NCBI GenBank assembly: GCA_044222185.1 | Contig: JBGANV010000004.1 | Coordinates: forward strand, 256,001 to 320,000 | Origin: Planctomycetota bacterium | Lineage (GTDB): Bacteria; Planctomycetota; GCA-002687715; CAIWVZ01 | Direction: 5' to 3' | Length of the DNA: 64,000 nt | In this document: piece after piece, positions 57,914 to 64,000 of the stretch | Layout: the number at the start of each line of letters is the position of its first letter | How positions within the stretch are numbered: position 1 is the stretch's first letter | Translations under genes and position numbers: made by a program | The notes under the pieces: generated by a model | Database searches by the model: none | What the model saw: the letters and a program-made list of their open reading frames with translations, nothing else | What the model was told of the DNA's origin: nothing

Positions 57914-58830
57914 TGAGGTCGGGATCCAGAACGGCCGGTGAGCACACGACGGTGGAGGGATCGTTCTTGGAAATCGTCCGGACGAGCGCACGCTTCGAAG
58001 CGTCACTCCCAGTGGCCGCCTCATGATCCCGGCGCACGCGAAGTCTCGACGGTGGACGAGTGACGAGGTCGTGTCACTCCCGTCCGATGGCCATCGCTAC
58101 GAGGTCATCGGCGGGGAGTTGTGCGTGTCGCCGTCGCCGGGATTCGAGCACCAGTACGTCGTGCAGCGGCTCCTGGTCGCGCTGTCCGGCTTCCTCGAAC
58201 GCGAGGGTCGCGGCGTATGTGTTCCAGCACCGCTGGGGGTGTTCCTCTCGCCTGAGACCTACGTCGAACCGGATCTCGTGGTCGTGCTTCGCGAGCGTCG
58301 GCACATCGTCGCGCCGAAGGGGCTGATCGGCGCTCCCGACCTGGTGGTCGAGGTGACGTCGCCCGGCACCCGACGTGTCGACCTCGGCCAGAAGCTCCGG
58401 TTGTATGCGAGCGCGGGAGTCCGTGAGTACTGGATCGTGGATCCCATCGAACGTCGCGTCGTCGTGCGCGTCCCCACGGCGGCCGGGTTGACGGTGGCGG
58501 CGGATCGCGGGGACGGCGTCGTCGAGTCACCGGTCGTGCTTCCCGGCTTCACGGTCGGCGTCGAACGGTTGTTCTGGAGCTGGACGTGACGAGGTCGGGA
58601 TCCAGAACGGGCGGCGACCGCACGACGGTGGAGGGATCGTTCTTGGAAATCGTCCGGACGAGCGCCCGCTTCGAAGCGTCACTCCCAGTGGCTGCCTCAT
58701 GATCCCGGCGCACGCGAAGTCTCGACGGTGGACGAGTGACGAGGTCGTGTCACTCCCGTCCGATGGCCATCGCTACGAGGTCATCGGCGGGGAGTTGTGC
58801 GTGTCGCCGTCGCCGGGATTCGAGCATCAG
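57762..58830 (+). repeat. Two ~393-bp direct repeats (57762-58154, 58438-58830; period 676) spanning Uma2 3' end + spacer + next Uma2 5' end; partial third copy 57371-57478
   Basis: Manual alignment gives ~14 substitutions and no indels over 393 nt. The intervening 283-nt segments are strongly diverged. Confidence 0.92.
58023..58589 (+). CDS. Uma2 family endonuclease-like protein, copy 2
   Basis: Same motifs (VEPDL, APDLVVEVTSP, GVREYWIVDP). 188 aa. Confidence 0.93.
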   Translation: MIPAHAKSRRWTSDEVVSLPSDGHRYEVIGGELCVSPSPGFEHQYVVQRLLVALSGFLEREGRGVCVPAPLGVFLSPETYVEPDLVVVLRERRHIVAPKGLIGAPDLVVEVTSPGTRRVDLGQKLRLYASAGVREYWIVDPIERRVVVRVPTAAGLTVAADRGDGVVESPVVLPGFTVGVERLFWSWT

Positions 58831-59265
58831 GGTGTGGTCGTGAACCTCGCGCACGAGTTCATGCGCTTCCTGAAGCGGACGGGCGCCGGGATCTGCCGTG
58901 TTGCCCCCACTGGCGTCTTCATCACGAGCGACACCTACGTCGAGCCCGACATCCTCATCTTGCGAACCGAGCGGGCGCACGTGGCCACGCCGCGGGGACT
59001 CGTGGGGCCGCCGGATCTCGTCGTCGAGGTGCTGTCCGCGAGCACGGTGAACGTCGACCAGGGGCGGAAGCTGCGTCTGTACGACGCGATCGGGGTCGAC
59101 GAGTACTGGCTGGTGGATTCGGCGCAGCGGCGTGTGCGGATCCTGGCGCGTTCGGACGGGAGGCTCGGGCTGGTCACCGACGCGTCTTCGGGGAGTGTCG
59201 AATCGCCCACGGTGCTTCCGGGATTCCGGGCGACCCTCGACGACGTCTATTGGCGGATCCTCTGA
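58699..59265 (+). CDS. Uma2 family endonuclease-like protein, copy 3
   Basis: Same motifs (VEPDI, PPDLVVEVLS, GVDEYWLVD). 188 aa, with the first 44 aa identical to copy 2. Confidence 0.93.
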   Translation: MIPAHAKSRRWTSDEVVSLPSDGHRYEVIGGELCVSPSPGFEHQGVVVNLAHEFMRFLKRTGAGICRVAPTGVFITSDTYVEPDILILRTERAHVATPRGLVGPPDLVVEVLSASTVNVDQGRKLRLYDAIGVDEYWLVDSAQRRVRILARSDGRLGLVTDASSGSVESPTVLPGFRATLDDVYWRIL

Positions 59266-59277
59266 TCCGCCCGGGTC

Positions 59278-60729
59278 TCACGCGATCAACGATTGAACGA
59301 CCTCTCCGTGTACGTCCGTCAGGCGGAAATCCCGCCCCTGGAATCGGAACGTGAGCCGCTTGTGGTCGAGCCCGAGCAGGTGGAGGACCGTCGCCTGCAC
59401 GTCGTGCACGTGAACTGGATCGCGGACGACGTCCCACCCGAGTTCGTCCGTCTCGCCGAGGGTGAAGCCGCGCTTCGTTCCACCGCCAGCGAACCACATG
59501 GTGAAGGCGCGCGGATGATGATCGCGACCGAGGTACGTCGATCCGTTGCGGGCCTCGTTCATGGGCGTGCGCCCGAACTCTCCGCCCCAGATCACGAGCG
59601 TGGAGTCCAGAAGTCCGCGTTGCTTGAGGTCGTTCACGAGCGCGGCGCACGCCTGGTCGGTTTCGAGACAGCGCTTGGGAAGCGAGTGTTCGAGATCGTC
59701 GCTCGGCCCCGTACCGTGGCTGTCCCAGCCGCGGTGATAGAGGTGCACGAACCGGACGCCGCGCTCGACCATCCGGCGCGCGAGGAGGCAGTTGGTGGCG
59801 AACGACGGCTGCCCCGGTGTGACGCCGTAGGCGGCGAGGGTTTGCGGCGACTCGGCGGATAGATCCGTCAGTTCCGGAACGCTCGACTGCATGCGGTGCG
59901 CCAGTTCGAAGGCCTGGACGCGCGCCGCGATCTCCGGGTCGCCGACCGACCGCGCGCGCTCGTCGTTGAGGTCGCGGAGGGCATCGAGCGAGCGTCGTCG
60001 CGTGTCGTCGGACATCCCGTCGGGATTGCGTACGAAGAGGACCGCATCCCGCGCCGCACGCAGCTGGACGCCCTGGAAGACGCTCGGAAGGAAGCCGTTG
60101 CCCCAGCATGCATATCCGCCGCTGGGTTGACCGCCGCCGGACAAGAGCACCGTGAACCCCGGTAGATCGCGGCACTCCGAACCGAGTCCGAACGTCACCC
60201 ACGATCCCATGCTGGGGCGCCCGATCCGGGCCAGCCCCGTGTTGATGAACAGCTCGGCCGGCGCGTGGTTGAAGGCGTCCGTTCGAACCGACTTCACGAT
60301 GGTGATGTCATCGACGATCGATGCGATGTGCGGCAGGAGCTGCGAGACCTCTGCGCCGCAGCGCCCGTGGGGGGCGAACTTGAAGGGCGAGCCCAGGATC
60401 CGAGGCTTGCCCTTGATGAACGCGAAGCGCTCGGTCTTGACCAGCTCCGACGGAATGGGCTGGCCGTGCAGTTCGTTGAGCTTGGGTTTGTGATCGAAGA
60501 GGTCGAGTTGAGACGGCGCGCCGTTCATGAACAGGTAGATCACGCTCTTCGCCCGAGGCGCGAAGTGCGGCGGGCGCGGCGCCAGGGGGTCGTCGTCCGT
60601 CGATGCGATCGTGGGCGCGAAGGTCTGGCCCAGGCGGTTGCCGAGCGCGATGGCTCCCAGACCGACTCCGCATCGCAGGAGGAACTCCCTGCGCGTCGGC
60701 GGGAAGCCGTCGTCTGATGGCGTTGCCAT
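59278..60729 (-). CDS. DUF1501 domain protein (planctomycete sulfatase-like, Tat signal)
   Basis: [44 protein letters not shown] and HVHDVQAT. Confidence 0.92.
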   Translation of the reverse strand: MATPSDDGFPPTRREFLLRCGVGLGAIALGNRLGQTFAPTIASTDDDPLAPRPPHFAPRAKSVIYLFMNGAPSQLDLFDHKPKLNELHGQPIPSELVKTERFAFIKGKPRILGSPFKFAPHGRCGAEVSQLLPHIASIVDDITIVKSVRTDAFNHAPAELFINTGLARIGRPSMGSWVTFGLGSECRDLPGFTVLLSGGGQPSGGYACWGNGFLPSVFQGVQLRAARDAVLFVRNPDGMSDDTRRRSLDALRDLNDERARSVGDPEIAARVQAFELAHRMQSSVPELTDLSAESPQTLAAYGVTPGQPSFATNCLLARRMVERGVRFVHLYHRGWDSHGTGPSDDLEHSLPKRCLETDQACAALVNDLKQRGLLDSTLVIWGGEFGRTPMNEARNGSTYLGRDHHPRAFTMWFAGGGTKRGFTLGETDELGWDVVRDPVHVHDVQATVLHLLGLDHKRLTFRFQGRDFRLTDVHGEVVQSLIA

Positions 60730-60731
60730 GG

Positions 60732-63700
60732 TCAGCCTTTCGTGAGGGTTTCGTCGAGGTTCAACAACACGTTCGCCACGACCAACATGGCGGCGAGATC
60801 CGCAGGCCGATCGGTCGCGCCGGCGAGGGCCGCGTCGAGCAGCCGCTTCGCCGATGCCGCGTCCGATGCCTGCGCGGTCCGCTCGGCGTCGAACAACGCC
60901 GTCAACGTGCGGACCTCGGCCTCCGTCGGCGCGCGCGCGACGCACGCGCGGAACGCCGTGCGGATCCAATCCGCGGGCTCGCTTCCGGCGGTCATCGCGC
61001 GGCGGGCGAGGGCGCCAGCGGCCTCGACGAAGGCCGGGTCATTCAGCGTCGTGAGAGCCTGGAGCGGCGTGTTCGTCCGCGGACGTCGCGTGCAGCTGAT
61101 CTCGCGGCTCGGCGCTCCGAACGCCGTGAACGACGGGTACGGGGCCGTACGGCGCCAGAACGTGTAGATCCCTCTCCGATGGCGATCGTCACCGACGCTC
61201 TCGGTCCATTTGTCGTTGCTGTAGATCATCGTCCACACGCCCTCGGGTTGGGGTGGGAAGACGCTCGGGCCGCCGACCTTTTCGCTGAGCAACCCCGCGG
61301 CCGACAGCGCCACGTCGCGGATCGTCTCCGCCTCGAGTCGCGTGCGCGGAGCGCGCGCGAGGAGCCGGTTCTCTGGATCTCGCTCCAACAGGTCGGCCCG
61401 AACCGTGGACGCCTGGCGATACGTCGACGACGTCACCAGGAGACGGATCATCGCCTTCTGGCTCCAGCCGGATCGGACGAATTCCGTCGCCAGCCAGTCG
61501 AGCAGCTCCGGATGCGTGGGCGCCTCTCCCTGAACGCCGAAGTCGTCGTCCGACTCCACGAGGCCTCGACCGAAGATCTGTGCCCACAGCCGGTTCATGG
61601 CCACGCGCGCGGTGAGGGGGTTCTTCCCGTCGACGAGCCAGCGCGCGAGGGCGAGACGGTCCGCCGCCGGGCCGTCGGGAAGCGAGCCGAGGAGCGGCGG
61701 CGTTCCCGGCGCCACCGCGTCGCCCTGGTCGAGGAAGCTTCCCCGGACGTGGATGTGAGTGGGCCGCGATTCGGGGAGCTTCCTCAAGACGGCGGCGCGC
61801 GCCGCGACCAGGGGACGCAGGGCCTCCCGGAGGCGGCTTCGCTCGCGCCGGGCGTCTTCGAGGATCTCCGTGCGCTCGGCGAAATGGTCGTGCAGGGCGC
61901 GGGCTTGAGCGGGCGTGCGCTCGGTGACCGGGACGACGACGGCCGCGCCGATCGCGAGCGGCAGCACCGGCGCGTGGTCGACGCCCGCATCGGCCGTCTG
62001 CGAAAGCCGGAACATGCGCAGCGTGTGGCGTTCGCCGTAGTCCTGGCGGAGGGTGACGACGAGGCGGCTGCCCACCGGGACGACGGGCGCGCCGTCGATC
62101 TTCAGCACGGCGACGTGCGGCTCGTGCGTGCGCGGACCGAACGCCCAGCCGGTCTTCGGGTCGCCATCGACGGCCGCGGCGATCGGCCACGCGGCGGGGC
62201 CGCCGAATCCCTGCTGCTCGAAGTCCGCCCACGTGGCGACGACCGTCATCGGTGCAAGCGCGTCGCCCGAGGACGCCTGGAGCGTGATCTCGGAGACGAC
62301 CGCGTTCGCGTTGTCCGCGCGGCCGACGTCGTCGTTCCAACTCGAGTCCGGAAACACCTCGAGTCGAAGCGCGGCGATCGGCGCGCCCGTCCCCTCGCAG
62401 GTCACCGTCAGGGTCTCGCGCTCTGAGTTTCGGCCGCCGACGAGCAGGCAACCGTCCGGTCGCACGGCGACATCGGCCCCGTTTGCGGAGACGGCGGAGA
62501 TGGGGCGCAGCACGGACCACGGGCGAAGCGCATCGCGCGTCTCCCGTTCCCACTCCGCCTGCGCGGCTGCGACCTCGGGCGTGACCCCCGCGATCTTCGC
62601 CTCGATGCGCGCGAGGTCGGACGATACCCGGTCGAACTGGGCGCGAGTTGCGGGAATCGGCACCTCCACGTGCGCGCCCGCAGCCCGCACGCCCGTCGCG
62701 TGGACGACGGCATCGGCCTCGTCGTCGTTGAACAACGCGAAGAGCGAGTAGTAGTCCCGCTGCGTGATCGGATCGCTCTTGTGGTCGTGGCACCGCGCGC
62801 ATCCGATCGTCATGCCGAGCCAGACGGTCGCCGTCGTCGCGACGCGGTCGGCGACGGTCTCCACGCGGAACTCCTCCGGATCGACGCCGCCCTCCTCGTT
62901 CACCATCGTGTTGCGGTGGAACCCCGTGGCGATCCGCTGCTCGACCGTCGGGTTGGGCCGGAGATCGCCCGCGAGCTGGTCGATCGTGAACTGGTCGAAT
63001 GGCTGATCGGCATTGAGCGCGGAGATGACCCAGTCGCGCCACGGCCACATGGAACGGCGATCGTCCTTCTCGTAGCCGTGAGTGTCCGCGTAGCGCGCCG
63101 CATCGAGCCACGGCCGTGCCCACCTCTCGCCGAAGTGCGGTGAGGCGAGGAGTCGATCGACGGCCCGGTCGTAGGCGGACGGGTGCGTGTCGGCCACGAA
63201 TGCGTCGACCTCCTCGACCGTCGGAGGGAGGCCGATGACGTCCAGGCTGAGTCGACGTAGAAGCGTGGCGCGGTCGGCCTCGGGCGATGGCACGACCTTC
63301 TCCCGCTCGAGGCGGGCCAGGATGAATGCGTCCACCGGATTTCGCGGCCAGTCGACGGCCAGGACCGCGGGAGGGTTGCGTCGCAAGGGCGGGCGCCACG
63401 CCCAATGCCAGTGGTCGCCCGGGTTCGCGCCGTCGGCGACGGACCATCGCGCGCCCTGCGTGACCCACGCATTCAGCGTTTCGACCTGCTCGCGCGTGAG
63501 AGCGCCTCCCTTGGGCGGCATCAGGTACCGCGCATCGTGGCTCTCGATCCGCGCGACGAGTTCGCTCGCTTGCGGGTCGCCGGGCGTGACGGCTGCTTTG
63601 CCGGACTTTCCGCCGCGGCGCAGTCCGTCCTCGCGATCGAGCGAGAGTCCGGCCTCTGGCTTCGTCCCGGCATGGCACGAGTAGCAGCGCCGCGCCAGGA

Positions 63701-64000
63701 TCGGCTGCACGTCCCGGGCGAAATCGACGAGCGCACCTCCGCGCGCGACCGGGGCGGGTGCCGGCGCGCGAGCGCCCGCCGCGACGAGAACCCGATCGAA
63801 GGCCTCGTCGAACGACTCGGGCCCATGGACGAGACACGCCCCGAGGTGTCCCGTGACGACCGAGCTGAGCACTGCGAGCCCGAGGGCGCCGCGGTAGAGC
63901 CGCAGGCGCCCGGGAAGCGGAACGCGGCGGGCCCGGACTCCGACCCAGAAGGCGACGACGGCCGCAGTGACGGTGGCGATTCCCAAGGCCCGGTGATCGG
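60732..64000 (-). CDS. PSD1 / planctomycete cytochrome c protein with N-terminal membrane (DUF2231-like) region; 5' end outside window
   Basis: Frame open to the window edge. [45 protein letters not shown] and [10 protein letters not shown]. Confidence 0.9.
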   Translation of the reverse strand, partial: DHRALGIATVTAAVVAFWVGVRARRVPLPGRLRLYRGALGLAVLSSVVTGHLGACLVHGPESFDEAFDRVLVAAGARAPAPAPVARGGALVDFARDVQPILARRCYSCHAGTKPEAGLSLDREDGLRRGGKSGKAAVTPGDPQASELVARIESHDARYLMPPKGGALTREQVETLNAWVTQGARWSVADGANPGDHWHWAWRPPLRRNPPAVLAVDWPRNPVDAFILARLEREKVVPSPEADRATLLRRLSLDVIGLPPTVEEVDAFVADTHPSAYDRAVDRLLASPHFGERWARPWLDAARYADTHGYEKDDRRSMWPWRDWVISALNADQPFDQFTIDQLAGDLRPNPTVEQRIATGFHRNTMVNEEGGVDPEEFRVETVADRVATTATVWLGMTIGCARCHDHKSDPITQRDYYSLFALFNDDEADAVVHATGVRAAGAHVEVPIPATRAQFDRVSSDLARIEAKIAGVTPEVAAAQAEWERETRDALRPWSVLRPISAVSANGADVAVRPDGCLLVGGRNSERETLTVTCEGTGAPIAALRLEVFPDSSWNDDVGRADNANAVVSEITLQASSGDALAPMTVVATWADFEQQGFGGPAAWPIAAAVDGDPKTGWAFGPRTHEPHVAVLKIDGAPVVPVGSRLVVTLRQDYGERHTLRMFRLSQTADAGVDHAPVLPLAIGAAVVVPVTERTPAQARALHDHFAERTEILEDARRERSRLREALRPLVAARAAVLRKLPESRPTHIHVRGSFLDQGDAVAPGTPPLLGSLPDGPAADRLALARWLVDGKNPLTARVAMNRLWAQIFGRGLVESDDDFGVQGEAPTHPELLDWLATEFVRSGWSQKAMIRLLVTSSTYRQASTVRADLLERDPENRLLARAPRTRLEAETIRDVALSAAGLLSEKVGGPSVFPPQPEGVWTMIYSNDKWTESVGDDRHRRGIYTFWRRTAPYPSFTAFGAPSREISCTRRPRTNTPLQALTTLNDPAFVEAAGALARRAMTAGSEPADWIRTAFRACVARAPTEAEVRTLTALFDAERTAQASDAASAKRLLDAALAGATDRPADLAAMLVVANVLLNLDETLTKG

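Noticed and set aside
57347-59265. Uma2 array as a CRISPR array, integron or diversity-generating retroelement
   Set aside because: The repeats are ~393 bp and protein-coding. No cas, integrase, attC or reverse transcriptase gene is visible in the window, and the variation is not evidently adenine-restricted.
228-63837. Many long antisense or alternate-frame ORFs (e.g. 4055..6886-, 21060..22799-, 26753..29131-, 53106..55415-, 61189..63837-)
   Set aside because: Arg/Pro/Ala-rich shadow frames expected at very high GC. Each overlaps a gene with clear family motifs and has none of its own.
1-64000. tRNA, rRNA, transposase or prophage genes
   Set aside because: No recognisable cloverleaf, rRNA segment, DDE/tyrosine recombinase or phage structural motifs. 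The intergenic gaps are short.

Overview
GC-rich bacterial chromosome segment, most likely from a planctomycete: it has two PSD1/planctomycete cytochrome c + DUF1501 gene pairs, an ECF sigma factor fused to a long extracytoplasmic tail, and many secreted proteins with Gln after the signal peptide. About 48 genes are supportable. The centre (19.8-36.2 kb) is a hopanoid cluster: single-enzyme squalene synthase, shc, hpnG, hpnA, hpnN, hpnL-like, an unexplained ferritin-like diiron protein, hpnJ, hpnI, ispH, hpnH and a CruF-like gene. A separate HpnA-like/HpnJ-like fusion with an atypical CX3CX3C motif lies at 48.4-50.8 kb. The most unusual structure is a 676-bp-period array of three 188-aa Uma2 (PD-(D/E)xK) genes at 57.3-59.3 kb. 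There, ~393-bp near-identical direct repeats spanning the gene junctions alternate with 283-bp divergent catalytic-core cassettes. Also noted: secreted proteins sharing a C-terminal module, REP-like hairpins, and a candidate sigma-54 promoter. No rRNA, tRNA, CRISPR array, transposase or integrase was recognised. All family assignments come from motif recognition by eye, not database searches.
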